From: Candidatus Scatovivens sp.
GTDB taxonomy: Bacteria > Bacillota > Clostridia > TANB77 > CAG-508
Direction: 5' to 3'
Length of the DNA: 64,000 bases
Assembly (NCBI GenBank): GCA_045646345.1
Contig: JAZRKN010000001.1
Coordinates: 128,001-192,000, forward strand
In this document: positions 39,011 to 49,787 of the stretch, one piece after another
How the letters are laid out: every line of letters starts with the position of its first letter
How positions within the stretch are numbered: position 1 is the stretch's first letter
Position numbers and translations under genes: made by a program
The notes under the pieces: model-generated
Told to the model about the DNA's origin: nothing
Databases searched by the model: none
The model's input: only the letters and a program-made list of their open reading frames with translations

Positions 39011-41170
39011 TTATTTAATTTTTTTTGCTATTCTAGGTTTTTTGCTGTTCTTTTTACAAAACGCTACTTTTGCTTTGTTTTTTGAATTTATATATTGTCC
39101 TACATTTAATACAATAACAATTGAAATAATAGTTATTATTGTTTTTGGAACATTATCACCTGTTTTCAAAGATGAACCTTTAGATGTATCAACATTTTCC
39201 GGAGCAGGAGCTGGTGTTCCAGGTTGTCCTCCTGATGGCGCTGGTGGATTTGTTGAAACCCATGGTAATTTTGTGTCTGTAAATTCTTTTTTCACTTCTT
39301 CATTTGTAACACTTGTATAAGTTAAATTTGTTGTATCACTTACTGCATAATCACCTGTTTCTCTAGATGTTCCATCTCCATATGTATTAACAGTTTTATT
39401 TAAGTAAATAGGAAATTCAAGTTTATATTCATATTTATACAATTGTCCTATATCCCACTTAATTGAATTTCCATCAAATGATATATATTGTCCTGCAAAT
39501 GATTTTGAATTTAAAATATTTACACCAGGATTTAAACTTGAATAAGCTTCTGTTCCATCTTCATTAAATGTTATTGTTTCAACTTCAATATCACCTTTTT
39601 TAAATACAATTTTTGGAACATATTCACTTACATTTTTTGTTAATAAATCTATATCAGAAGTTAGTTTATCAATTACAACTGCATCTGTTGGACTATAACA
39701 AAAATCTTTTAAAAGATTTTCTAATATGTTTTCTAATTCTGTTTCAATTTTATCAAACTCATAAAAATTAGCTGCATGAGTTGTTAAACCTAATAAAATA
39801 TCTTTAGTTGTTCCTGCTGGAATTATATATCCTGTTGAATGATTCATAGAAGTATCTTCTTCTAAAGAACCAATTGTATATATAGCTGTTCCAGTTTTTT
39901 TCATCAATTCCGCTTCTGCAAGAGCTGTAGTACTTAAATAATTTACCCAATTAGAAGCAACTCCTGTTGAATCTTCTGTTTCTGAAAAAGTTTCATACCA
40001 TATATCATTATATAATGATGGCATTCCATCTGATATAAATATAACTACTTTTCCATGAGCAGGATCTGAATATTCTTCTAATATTTCATTAGCTTTTTTA
40101 AATGCTTCTGTATAGTTAGTTCCATATGAAACCTCTAACTTATCTCCACCAATCATTGTTTCAATCTCATCAAGATCATTTGAAAATCCTATACTATCAA
40201 CGTCTGCTTCATTTGTTATATTACTTCCAAATTTAATAACACTTACTCTATTTTCTGGATTAATATTTAATAATTCTTCTGCAAATCTTAAAGCATCTTC
40301 TCTTATTACTTGTGCTCTTGTTTTATCAGGATTTGTTGGTACCGCATTATAAACACTTGTTGAATCGTCTAACATTAATACTATGTCACAAACTTTTTCA
40401 TAATTTGTACCATTTGTTGAAAGTGTTACTTCTGCAATTGCTGTATCTTTATAATTAGTACTTTCTGAAACTTTTTTTGATACAGATACATTATCTAATG
40501 CCGCAACTTCTTCACTAGTTAAAAATTTACTTGAAGAATAATCATAGTTTTTTAATATTTTATAAACTTTAAACTCTACAGCATCTTCTTCTGTACTTTT
40601 CTCAAAATAAGTATTAAAAGAAAGATAATTTAATTCAGAGCTGCAATTATTTTCATATAATTTAAACTTGTTATCAGTACTTTCAACAAATGTAAATCCA
40701 TTTCCATTACTTGTAAATCTTATTCCAGGATAACCACCATTATTTGAAAGTTCTATTTGATTTCTGTTTGTATCCGAATTAATATCAGATGCTGATTGTA
40801 ATACTGGATGATCTCCACTTTCTAGAACACTCTTTTTACTTTTTGTTAAATTCCAAACTATATTTGGATGTTCTTCGTCCAAAATAGTAATTACATCATT
40901 TTCAATCTCTACTAAACAATGGTTACTTCTTGAAGACATCTCATTAGAATTTGAAGCTAAAGTAGCCGCAAACGCATGATTGTTTCCTTCTCCATCTTCA
41001 TATACCAATATATATTGATATAAATTTTTACTATTTATATCATCAATATTTGTTATTTGTTCAACTTTATATTGAATATTCCCATCTGCCGCTAATACTA
41101 TAGTATTGCAAAAAAATGTCATTATCATAACAACACATAATATTAAACTTAAAACCTTATCTTTTGCCAT
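39011..41170 (-). CDS. cell-surface VWA-domain protein with sortase-like anchor
   Basis: Signal peptide, VWA (LDDSTS, GTNY, ISDGMP), Pro-rich linker, LKTGD + TM + basic tail. Confidence 0.82.
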   Translation of the reverse strand: MAKDKVLSLILCVVMIMTFFCNTIVLAADGNIQYKVEQITNIDDINSKNLYQYILVYEDGEGNNHAFAATLASNSNEMSSRSNHCLVEIENDVITILDEEHPNIVWNLTKSKKSVLESGDHPVLQSASDINSDTNRNQIELSNNGGYPGIRFTSNGNGFTFVESTDNKFKLYENNCSSELNYLSFNTYFEKSTEEDAVEFKVYKILKNYDYSSSKFLTSEEVAALDNVSVSKKVSESTNYKDTAIAEVTLSTNGTNYEKVCDIVLMLDDSTSVYNAVPTNPDKTRAQVIREDALRFAEELLNINPENRVSVIKFGSNITNEADVDSIGFSNDLDEIETMIGGDKLEVSYGTNYTEAFKKANEILEEYSDPAHGKVVIFISDGMPSLYNDIWYETFSETEDSTGVASNWVNYLSTTALAEAELMKKTGTAIYTIGSLEEDTSMNHSTGYIIPAGTTKDILLGLTTHAANFYEFDKIETELENILENLLKDFCYSPTDAVVIDKLTSDIDLLTKNVSEYVPKIVFKKGDIEVETITFNEDGTEAYSSLNPGVNILNSKSFAGQYISFDGNSIKWDIGQLYKYEYKLEFPIYLNKTVNTYGDGTSRETGDYAVSDTTNLTYTSVTNEEVKKEFTDTKLPWVSTNPPAPSGGQPGTPAPAPENVDTSKGSSLKTGDNVPKTIITIISIVIVLNVGQYINSKNKAKVAFCKKNSKKPRIAKKIK

Positions 41171-41286
41171 CTTTTTCTTTTCCCTTCATAATTTTCAATA
41201 TACTTATATAAATTTTACTTTTATTCCTCCTTGAATGCAATTACATAACATTTAAGTTTGTATTACATTTTCTTTTCATTTTATCC

Positions 41287-41317
41287 AAAAAAAAGACGGT
41301 ATAACCGTCTTTTTTTT
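41287..41317. terminator. terminator after efp
   Basis: AAAAAAAAGACGGT...ACCGTCTTTTTTTT. Confidence 0.75.
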
Positions 41318-41329
41318 ATTTTTATAAAA

Positions 41330-41896
41330 TTAAATTCTTTCCATGTATAAACCTGTTCTTGTATCAATTCTTACAACGTCACCAATTTCTACAAATAATG
41401 GTACAGATATTTCTAATCCATTTTCTAATGTAGCTGGTTTTCCAGATGTTGTTGTTGTGTTTCCACTGAATCCTGGTTCTGTATATGTTACTTCTAATTC
41501 TACAAACATTGGTGGTTCTACATTAAATACTTTTCCTTTAAAAGATAATACTGTTACATTCATATTTTCTTTTATGTATTTTAAAGCATCTCCTAATTGT
41601 TCTTCATTTAATGGAATTTGTTCATATGTATTATTATCCATTAAATAATATAATCCACCATCGTTGTATAAATATTGCATTTCTCTTTTTTCAATTTCAG
41701 CACCTTGTAATTTTTCAGATGGGTTAAATGTTCTTTCAATAACAGATCCTGTTATTACGTTTTTCATTTTTACTCTAACGAAAGCAGCTCCTTTTCCTGG
41801 TTTTACGTGTTGGAATTCAACAACTTTAAAAACATTCCCTTCTAATTCGAATGTATTGTTATTTCTTAAATCTCCTGCCATATATACGTCAGCCAT
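41330..41896 (-). CDS. efp: elongation factor P
   Basis: [28 protein letters not shown]; start ATG 41896 after GGGGAG. Confidence 0.97.
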   Translation of the reverse strand: MADVYMAGDLRNNNTFELEGNVFKVVEFQHVKPGKGAAFVRVKMKNVITGSVIERTFNPSEKLQGAEIEKREMQYLYNDGGLYYLMDNNTYEQIPLNEEQLGDALKYIKENMNVTVLSFKGKVFNVEPPMFVELEVTYTEPGFSGNTTTTSGKPATLENGLEISVPLFVEIGDVVRIDTRTGLYMERI

Positions 41897-41968
41897 TTTA
41901 TTTCTCCCCTTTTCAATTAATTTCAACTATTTCTATATTACCATAATTTGTTTATTTAATCAAGTATT

Positions 41969-43036
41969 TTAACCTAATTTAATTATTGTATACTCTTTTT
42001 TACATTTTGTTATTGGTTCAGCTCCAAATTTAGTAACTTTACAAGTATCTTCTATTCTTATACCAAATTTACCTGCAAAATAAACTCCTGGTTCTATCGC
42101 TATAATAGCATTTTCTTTTAAAATATTATCTTGATTAGAGCGAAGAATTGGTAATTCATGAATTTCCAACCCTACTCCATGACCAAAAGCATGCATTATC
42201 TGATAATTTTTTAATTTATATTCTGTTTCTCTATCTTTAATTACAGTTTTTATATTTGATCCATCTTTTAAACATTGAATTAGCTTTTTTTGTTCTTCTA
42301 ATATAAAATCATAAATTTCTTTGTATTCATCTTGTATTTCTTCGACAAAAACAACTCTTGATAAATCAGCGCAATACCCTTTATATTTAGCCCCAAAATC
42401 AAATTGTATTATATCACCTTTTTGAATCACTCTATCAGTTGGTATTGCATGTGGCATTGATGAATTTTCTCCAAACGCAACAATTGTTTCAAATGCAGTA
42501 CCATCTGCGCCATTTGATATCATAAATCTTTCTATTTCAAATGCAACTTCTTTTTCTGTCATTCCTTTTCTTATATTTCTTATTATATATTCGAAAGCCT
42601 TATCTGTTATTTCACAAGCTTTTTTTATCATTTCATGCTCTTCTTCATCTTTCACAACTCTTTGATTTTCTAAAAGTCCTTCTGTTTCGACAAGATTTAC
42701 TTGATAAGTATGAAGATATTTTTTATATTTTTCATATGTTAAATAACTCTCTTCAAATCCAACATTCTCGTCTAACATAAAAAAACCTTCATAATCATAT
42801 TTGCTTAAATCTCTAGAATCATATGCAATTATTTCATCATCAAGAGTTAATTTATGATTAACACTTTCGATATATCTACTATCTGTTATAAATACATTTT
42901 CCTTTGGTGCAATTATCAATGTTCCTTCTTCTGAAAGTCCTGTTAAATATCTTACATTTATTGGATTGGAAACAATAATACCATCTAATTTCAATGGAAT
43001 TAATTGATTTCTCAACCATTTAATCCTTGGGTTCAT
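41969..43036 (-). CDS. Xaa-Pro aminopeptidase (M24)
   Basis: TDSRY, PHAIP, DFGA, GYCADLSR, HAFGHGVGLEIHE, EPGVY, GIRIED. Confidence 0.92.
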   Translation of the reverse strand: MNPRIKWLRNQLIPLKLDGIIVSNPINVRYLTGLSEEGTLIIAPKENVFITDSRYIESVNHKLTLDDEIIAYDSRDLSKYDYEGFFMLDENVGFEESYLTYEKYKKYLHTYQVNLVETEGLLENQRVVKDEEEHEMIKKACEITDKAFEYIIRNIRKGMTEKEVAFEIERFMISNGADGTAFETIVAFGENSSMPHAIPTDRVIQKGDIIQFDFGAKYKGYCADLSRVVFVEEIQDEYKEIYDFILEEQKKLIQCLKDGSNIKTVIKDRETEYKLKNYQIMHAFGHGVGLEIHELPILRSNQDNILKENAIIAIEPGVYFAGKFGIRIEDTCKVTKFGAEPITKCKKEYTIIKLG

Positions 43037-43056
43037 ATAAATCTCCCCTTCCTATG

Positions 43057-43827
43057 TTATATTGGTAATTGAGCACTAATTATTTTACATAATAATAAAA
43101 AGTTATCAAATACAAAACCAGCTGGAACAAATATACATGTTATAGCTGCTATCGACAAAAACGGTCCAAATGGAACATATTCATCTTTATTTTGAAAAAT
43201 TATTAATCTTATTAATAAAATTGCAATTGAACTTATTGCTGCTATTATAAATGCTAGTAATGATATTTCAGCTATTGAACTTGTTCCAAAAAACAAACCT
43301 AATACAGCCGTATATTTCAAATCTCCCATTCCCATCGCTTCTTTTCCATAAACCAATCCACCAAGTAATGTAATTACAGCAAAAATTGTTCCACCAATTA
43401 TCATTCCTAAAATATATTCCTTAGCCATATTCACATTAGTTATTCCATATATAAAAGTAATGATTAATCCTATTTCCAAAATTGTCAAATTAAGTCTATT
43501 TGGAATTATTCTGTGTTTCATATCTATAGTCAAGGTTAAAACCAACATTGGCATTAAAATGATGAATTTAATCAATTCTAAATTCTTCAAAATATTTTCT
43601 TTATCAATTCCAAATCTATAAAGCAATCCTACATATAATGTTCCTATTAAAATCATAAATATGTAATTACTATTTAATCCTTCTTTATTCGCTTCAAAAA
43701 ATTCTTTGCTAAAAATCTTTTTTCTTTCTGGTAATCTCATATTACACCATGCACAGAATTTTCCTATTAATAATCCTAATATAAATATTGCTACATAAAT
43801 TAATATATGTACATTATTAAAATACAT
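43057..43827 (-). CDS. A24 prepilin peptidase
   Basis: IDMKHRIIPN, MGMGDLK, VPFGPFL; N-terminal CxxC pairs absent. Confidence 0.88.
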   Translation of the reverse strand: MYFNNVHILIYVAIFILGLLIGKFCAWCNMRLPERKKIFSKEFFEANKEGLNSNYIFMILIGTLYVGLLYRFGIDKENILKNLELIKFIILMPMLVLTLTIDMKHRIIPNRLNLTILEIGLIITFIYGITNVNMAKEYILGMIIGGTIFAVITLLGGLVYGKEAMGMGDLKYTAVLGLFFGTSSIAEISLLAFIIAAISSIAILLIRLIIFQNKDEYVPFGPFLSIAAITCIFVPAGFVFDNFLLLCKIISAQLPI

Positions 43828-43832
43828 TATTT

Positions 43833-44330
43833 TTATTCACCTATTTTTTCCAAATATTTTTTTATAACAAAATTTTCAAGCGGTCTTTTAAATCTTGTCA
43901 TCCATAAATCTTTTTCTGCTAAAGGTTTTACCAAAATCGAATGCATTTTCATTCTATTTGCTCCTATAACATCAGTAAAGATTTGATCACCAACAACCGC
44001 AATATTTTCTTCTGCAATCTGTAATTCTTTTTTAGCTAATTTAAAACCTCTTTTTAAAGGTTTCATAGCAAATTTTATATAATCGATTTTTAATAAATCT
44101 GCTACCATTTTTACTTTTGTTGTTTTATTACTATTTGATAATATCATACACTTGATATCATTATTTTTTATATTTTCACACCATACATCTAGTCCGTCTA
44201 TGATTTTCAAATCAAAATCTAGTAGTGTGTTATCTACATCTAAAATTAACGCTTTTATATTATTTTCTTTTAAATATTCCGGTGTTATTTCTAATACATT
44301 TTTACAATATAATTTTGGATATAAAATCAT
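43833..44330 (-). CDS. yqeG: YqeG-family HAD IIIA phosphatase
   Basis: LDVDNTL, LSN, AMKP, VGDQIFTDVIGANR. Confidence 0.92.
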   Translation of the reverse strand: MILYPKLYCKNVLEITPEYLKENNIKALILDVDNTLLDFDLKIIDGLDVWCENIKNNDIKCMILSNSNKTTKVKMVADLLKIDYIKFAMKPLKRGFKLAKKELQIAEENIAVVGDQIFTDVIGANRMKMHSILVKPLAEKDLWMTRFKRPLENFVIKKYLEKIGE

Positions 44331-44449
44331 CTTCAAAATCCCCCCATTTTTCATAATATATATTACCAATATGTTACTTTTTTGTCAATTTTATTTACAA
44401 ATAAATTGCTTGTGATATAATTTATTTAATCTATACATAGGAGAAAATT

Positions 44450-45757
44450 ATGAAAGAATTAGATGAAAATCAAATAATAAATTATAAGAAAACAAATCGA
44501 AAGCTATTCATTCTTTACAAAGTATTGGCTAACGATTTGTTATTTTACTATACAATTTCTTATTTATTTTTGGCAAACATAAAAGGATTATCTACTGCTC
44601 AAATAGTTTTTGCAGAATCTTTTTATCCACTATTTAAATTAATTTTTCAAATTCCATGTACAATACTAATTCAAAAAATAGGAAAAAAGAATTCTCTACT
44701 AATTGCAAACTTCTGTGTTGCTCTATACTTATTCTTCGTACTATTTTTATCAACAACATTTGTTTTAATACTTGCTAATGTTTTTTGTGCAATCGGATTT
44801 GTAATAAAAGGAATTGCAGAATCAAACTTCCTATATGATTCTTTAGAAGAAACAGATGACATAAAAGAAGAATTTTCAAAAATTGAAGGCAAAGCATCTT
44901 CTGTGTTTTTCTTTGCTGATGCTATAACAGCACTTGCAACTGGTTTTATATATTTAATAAATCCATATATTCCAATTATACTTTCGTTAATTGCAATGCT
45001 ACTTTCATTAGTCGTAACCCTAAGGTTTAATGAAATACCTAATGATAAAAAAGTTGACCAAAATCAAGTCTCTGCATTAAAACAAATAAAAAACCAAATT
45101 TCTGATACTTATCATGGATTTAAATATATTTTCAAATCAACCAGATTAAAAGCATTAATATTCTTTAATGCGTTATCAGTAAGTTTACTTATTTTAATGG
45201 TTACTCTCCATAGAAGTATTTTAGATGATCTTGGTGTATCTTCTAGTTATTTAGGAATCATATTTGCACTAATGGGTATTGTTGTTAGTTTTTCTTCAAG
45301 TAGAAGTGTTTTTTTACACAGAAAGTACCGTAACAAAACATTATCAATACTTGGAACATTCCTTGTTATTTCAATAACATTAACAGGAGTTGTAACTACA
45401 TTAAATTTTCCAAAATTTTTAACTTATTATCTTTTGCTTATAATGATTTCTATAACGTATATTGTAAAAGGTCCTCATTACGTATTAATAAAGCAATATT
45501 TGAACAGTTTTTGTGATAGTAATATGAGAATAAAAATATATTCAGCTAACCTTTTAATAGAATACATTTCAACTTCTGCAATATCAATGGCTTGTTCTAT
45601 TTTGTTAAATCACTATTCAAATGCATTTACAACTTTAATTATTGGCTTAATCGCATCTATTACTATGATAATAATCGTAAAATACATGTCAACAAGAGTT
45701 GGTTTAAAACCAGAAGAATATTCAAAAAAAGATATTTTATTTTTAGAACTAGACTAA
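44450..45757 (+). CDS. MFS transporter
   Basis: About 12 TM segments, FQIP...KIGKK loop, FLYDSL motif. Confidence 0.85.
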   Translation: MKELDENQIINYKKTNRKLFILYKVLANDLLFYYTISYLFLANIKGLSTAQIVFAESFYPLFKLIFQIPCTILIQKIGKKNSLLIANFCVALYLFFVLFLSTTFVLILANVFCAIGFVIKGIAESNFLYDSLEETDDIKEEFSKIEGKASSVFFFADAITALATGFIYLINPYIPIILSLIAMLLSLVVTLRFNEIPNDKKVDQNQVSALKQIKNQISDTYHGFKYIFKSTRLKALIFFNALSVSLLILMVTLHRSILDDLGVSSSYLGIIFALMGIVVSFSSSRSVFLHRKYRNKTLSILGTFLVISITLTGVVTTLNFPKFLTYYLLLIMISITYIVKGPHYVLIKQYLNSFCDSNMRIKIYSANLLIEYISTSAISMACSILLNHYSNAFTTLIIGLIASITMIIIVKYMSTRVGLKPEEYSKKDILFLELD

Positions 45758-46417
45758 TTATTTACAAAAAATATGCTTACCTATAGTCATAACTTGTGGT
45801 CTACTCCAAATCCATCCAGAAGTAGCTGTATCAGGATTAAAATAATAAACACATCCAGATGTTGGATCCCAACCGTTTATTGCATCCTGTGCAGCTTTTT
45901 TTGCTTGACTATTTGCTTCTAAATTTATCTGTCCATCATCCACACAAGTATATGCACCAGATTGATATATTACTCCTGCAATTGTGTTTGGAAATCTAGA
46001 ATCGGCAACTCTATTTAATACCGTTGCCGCTACTGCAACCATACCTTTATACGGTTCTCCTCTCGCTTCCGCGTAAACCAATTTGCTAAGCAAATTTAAA
46101 TCTGTATTATTACTACTAATATTAGAATCGTTTTTGGTTCCGTTTATTCCTAACGCATTTAATGTTTTTTCTCCAGCAATTCCATCAACTTTTAATCCAT
46201 TTTTTCTTTGAAATTTTTTAACCGCATCAAAAGTTTTACTTCCATATATACCATCAACGTTTCCGTTATAATATCCCCAATTTTTTAATTTAGTTTGTAT
46301 TTTTCTTACTTCTTCACCTCTTGATCCATATTTTGATAAAGAAAAAACAAACGGATATAAAGATATAATTATTAATACAAAAACCAAAAATATTATACTC
46401 ATTTTTTTAAATTTCAT
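45758..46417 (-). CDS. sleB: spore cortex-lytic enzyme
   Basis: PG-binding domain (GSRGEEV...DGIYG...DGIAG) + Hydrolase_2 (AEARGEPY, GWDPT, IGKHIF). Confidence 0.95.
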   Translation of the reverse strand: MKFKKMSIIFLVFVLIIISLYPFVFSLSKYGSRGEEVRKIQTKLKNWGYYNGNVDGIYGSKTFDAVKKFQRKNGLKVDGIAGEKTLNALGINGTKNDSNISSNNTDLNLLSKLVYAEARGEPYKGMVAVAATVLNRVADSRFPNTIAGVIYQSGAYTCVDDGQINLEANSQAKKAAQDAINGWDPTSGCVYYFNPDTATSGWIWSRPQVMTIGKHIFCK

Positions 46418-46453
46418 ATTATACTAAAAAAACCTCCCTTTTCTGCTTTTTTC

Positions 46454-46482
46454 TAGTATTTGCGACTTTTGCTTTTTTATTC
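46454..46482 (-). promoter_or_regulatory. putative sigmaG/sigmaF promoter of sleB
   Basis: GAATA-N17-AATACTA on minus strand, similar to the forespore consensus. Confidence 0.5.
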
Positions 46483-46522
46483 CACTTTTAAAAATTTTTT
46501 TATTAAATTAACCTTTTGTTTT

Positions 46523-46539
46523 TGTAATAAATTTGTAAC
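46523..46539 (+). promoter_or_regulatory. WalR/OmpR-type direct-repeat box
   Basis: TGTAAT-N5-TGTAAC, 20 bp upstream of TTGAAA-N17-TATAAT (46560-46588). Confidence 0.5.
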
Positions 46540-46626
46540 AATTAATTATCGAATATTGCTTGAAAATTAAATTATTTATTATTATAATACTCTTATAATA
46601 AGGTATAGTATAGGAGTGTTTCGGAA

Positions 46627-47991
46627 ATGAGTTTATACGAAAACATCAAATTTAGTAACGATTTAATTGAAAATGAAGCTTGTAACATTACTTATTCAGG
46701 GTATTTATTCGAAAAGAATTCTACTTGCGTAAGTATTGTTTATGGATTTGGTCCTGAGTGGAAACACACAACTGAACAAAAGATGGAAAAAACAGATGAA
46801 GGTTTTGTAGCTACAGTTAATATAAGAGAATTCGAGTCATTTAACTTCTGCTTTAAGAATTTAGACAACGAATGGGATAACAACTACAATAATAACTATA
46901 CTTCACCTATTTCTAGACCTGTAATAAACGAAGCACAAGAAATTCAAGAATCAACTCCTGAATACGACTTTATTTTAAATAACAATGAAATAATAGAAGA
47001 CATTATTGATAATATATTAGAAATAGATTTATCAAACCCTATATATAACGAACCTTTACATTTAGATACAGAATTTTCTCAAATTTCAAAAATCGAAGAT
47101 GAATCTTTTGAAATAGAAGTTGAAATTAACAGACCAGTAAATATTGAAGAAACTTTAGTTGCTTCTACTGAATCAGAAATTTTGAATCAAGATTTGGAAA
47201 ATATGTTTAACGAAATTTATGAAGCACCTGTTCAAGAAATAGAATCTGCAGGAGAATTTGATATGGATAATCTTATTGATGAAATCCTTTCTCCTATTGT
47301 AAAATCATCTGTATTTGATGAAAATGTAAAAGATTCTTTAGAAAATTATGAACACTCTCAAAGCACTTCTGTAAACTTCTTTGATGATTTTGAAGATTTT
47401 GAAGATGATTTGTCAGTAGATAATAAAATAGATTCTTTAATTGCAGATTTATTTAATAATACAAAAGAAGCTCGTCAAAAAGCCGAAGTTGAAAATATTG
47501 AAATAAAAGAATCAGTTCCAGTTAATGATGAACCTTTATTTGTAGAAAATATCGAAACAGAAGCTCCTACTTTAGAAGTTGAACAAATTCAAGAAACTGT
47601 AGTTGAAAACATTGAAATATCTAAAGATTTAGAAAAATCAATTGATAATAGAATTGAAGAATTACTTTCTACTGGTCCTATTACAGAAATAATTGAAGAA
47701 ACAAATGTTGAAAACATAGAAACACAAGAATCAAATGAAGTTCAAGAAGTTGTTGAATTATTTGAAGAAGCTGAAGTTGAAGAAGAATCATTAATAGAAA
47801 CAATTAACGAAGAACAAGAATCAAATGAATTATCTTTAATGGAATTACCAGATGAAAATGGTTTTGTTGTTAGTCCAAGAGCTTTAAGTAAATTTTATAT
47901 GTTTAGAAAAAAAGTAAAATTAGCTTTCACAAAATTATTCATAGCAATTCCAAGATACTTATCAAGAGGTTTTGATAACGAAAACAATTAA
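46627..47991 (+). CDS. CBM53-like starch/glycogen-binding domain protein with long acidic tail
   Basis: ITYSGYLF..YGFG..W..M..FNFCFK..WDNN..NY N-terminus; E/D-rich linker; basic amphipathic C-terminus. Confidence 0.78.
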   Translation: MSLYENIKFSNDLIENEACNITYSGYLFEKNSTCVSIVYGFGPEWKHTTEQKMEKTDEGFVATVNIREFESFNFCFKNLDNEWDNNYNNNYTSPISRPVINEAQEIQESTPEYDFILNNNEIIEDIIDNILEIDLSNPIYNEPLHLDTEFSQISKIEDESFEIEVEINRPVNIEETLVASTESEILNQDLENMFNEIYEAPVQEIESAGEFDMDNLIDEILSPIVKSSVFDENVKDSLENYEHSQSTSVNFFDDFEDFEDDLSVDNKIDSLIADLFNNTKEARQKAEVENIEIKESVPVNDEPLFVENIETEAPTLEVEQIQETVVENIEISKDLEKSIDNRIEELLSTGPITEIIEETNVENIETQESNEVQEVVELFEEAEVEEESLIETINEEQESNELSLMELPDENGFVVSPRALSKFYMFRKKVKLAFTKLFIAIPRYLSRGFDNENN

Positions 47992-48000
47992 TACATATTT

Positions 48001-48078
48001 CCCCTTCCTAAATTTTAGGAAGGGATTTTTTATCAAAATTAAAAACTCTCAAATTATTAAATTAATTTGAGAGTTTTA
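48001..48078. terminator. two adjacent terminator hairpins between convergent genes
   Basis: CCCTTCCTAA/TTAGGAAGGG and AAAACTCTCAAATTA/TAATTTGAGAGTTTT. Confidence 0.7.
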
Positions 48079-48103
48079 TTATATAGTTCATCAATTTATT
48101 AAT

Positions 48104-49765
48104 CTAGAATATTCCTACAATTTCTCCATCTTCATCAATTCTAATACTTTCAGCAGATGGTACTCTTGGAAGTCCTGGCATAGTAAATATCTTTCCTGTT
48201 TTAATAACAACAAATTCAGCCCCATTTTTTACAATAGCTTCTTTTATAGTTATTCTAAATGGTTCTTCACAAAGTAAATTTTTAGCATTATCTGAAAATG
48301 AATATTGAGTTTTAGCTATGCAAACAGGATAATTTTTATATCCTAATTTTTCTATTTGTTCAATTTCTTCAAGAGCTGAATCGGTATAATCAACCCCCTC
48401 TGCTCCATAAACTTCTTTTGCTACTTTTTCTATTTTTTCTTTAATTGTTTCTTTATCTTCATATACAAATCTAACTTGATTTTTCTTATTTGTCAATTCA
48501 ACAATTTTTTCTGCTAAATCAATAGCTCCTTCTCCACCTTTCGCCCAAACTTCAACCAAACTTAGATCTACTCCAAGTTTTTTTAGTTCAGTTTGTAAGA
48601 AGTCTATTTCTTTTTGACTATCATTTTGATATTTATTTATAGCTACTATGGCATTTAAACCAAATCTATTTTTTATATTATCAACATGTCTTTTTAAATT
48701 TTCTATACCAATTTCTAAAGCTTCTAAGTTTTCATCTTGGCATTCATCAACTTTAGCACCACCATGATATTTTAAAGCTTTTAATGTTGCTACACAAACA
48801 GCTGCTGAAGGATTTAATTCTGCTTTTCTACATTTTATATCAACAAATTTTTCTGCCCCCAAGTCTGCACCAAATCCCGCTTCTGTTACTACATAATCAC
48901 CAAGTTTTAATGCCAATTTTGTAGCAATTACACTGTTGCATCCATGAGCTATATTGGCAAATGGACCACCGTGAACCACAGCCAAATTATGTTCTAATGT
49001 TTGAACTATATTAGGATTGATAGCATCTTTTAAAAGAACTGTTAATGAACCTTGAGCATTTAAGTCTTTTGCAAAAATAGCTTCATCATTTTCATTATAC
49101 CCTACTATAATATTTCCTAATCTTCTTTCTAAGTCCTTTATATCTTTAGACAAACAGAATATAGCCATAATTTCTGATGCAACAGAAATATCAAATCCAT
49201 CAGGACGAGGAGTCATGTTTTTCTCTTTTGATAACCCTATTTCTACTTCTCTTAAAGCTCTATCGTTTAAGTCTACACATCTTTTCCAAATTACTTTTTT
49301 AAATCCTAATTTATTGCCATAATAAATATGGTTATCTATCATAGCAGCTAATAAGTTATTAGCAGATGTTATAGCATGTATATCACCTGTAAAATGTAAA
49401 TTTATATCTTCCATAGGGGCAACTTGGGCATAACCACCACCAGTAGCACCACCTTTTACACCAAATACAGGACCTAATGAAGGTTCTCTTAATGCTAATA
49501 CTGAATTTTTCCCAATTCTATTTAATGCATCTGATAATCCTATAGCAACCGTTGTTTTTCCTTCTCCCAGAGGCGTTGGATTTATCGCTGTTACTAAAAT
49601 TAATTTTCCATCTTTTCCTTTTTTAGTTTTATCAATAAATTCTTTAGTAATTTTGGCTTTATATTTACCATATACTTCTAAATCATCTTCAGAAATATTA
49701 TATCTCTCAGCCACTTTAACAATTTTTTCTAATTTTGTACTTCTAGCAATTTCAATATCAGTCAT
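48104..49765 (-). CDS. fhs: formate--tetrahydrofolate ligase
   Basis: TPLGEGKTT, KGGATGGGYAQV, HGGPFANIAHGCNS, TEAGFGADLGAEKF. Confidence 0.98.
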   Translation of the reverse strand: MTDIEIARSTKLEKIVKVAERYNISEDDLEVYGKYKAKITKEFIDKTKKGKDGKLILVTAINPTPLGEGKTTVAIGLSDALNRIGKNSVLALREPSLGPVFGVKGGATGGGYAQVAPMEDINLHFTGDIHAITSANNLLAAMIDNHIYYGNKLGFKKVIWKRCVDLNDRALREVEIGLSKEKNMTPRPDGFDISVASEIMAIFCLSKDIKDLERRLGNIIVGYNENDEAIFAKDLNAQGSLTVLLKDAINPNIVQTLEHNLAVVHGGPFANIAHGCNSVIATKLALKLGDYVVTEAGFGADLGAEKFVDIKCRKAELNPSAAVCVATLKALKYHGGAKVDECQDENLEALEIGIENLKRHVDNIKNRFGLNAIVAINKYQNDSQKEIDFLQTELKKLGVDLSLVEVWAKGGEGAIDLAEKIVELTNKKNQVRFVYEDKETIKEKIEKVAKEVYGAEGVDYTDSALEEIEQIEKLGYKNYPVCIAKTQYSFSDNAKNLLCEEPFRITIKEAIVKNGAEFVVIKTGKIFTMPGLPRVPSAESIRIDEDGEIVGIF

Positions 49766-49787
49766 TTCAAACCTCCCTTAACTTTAT

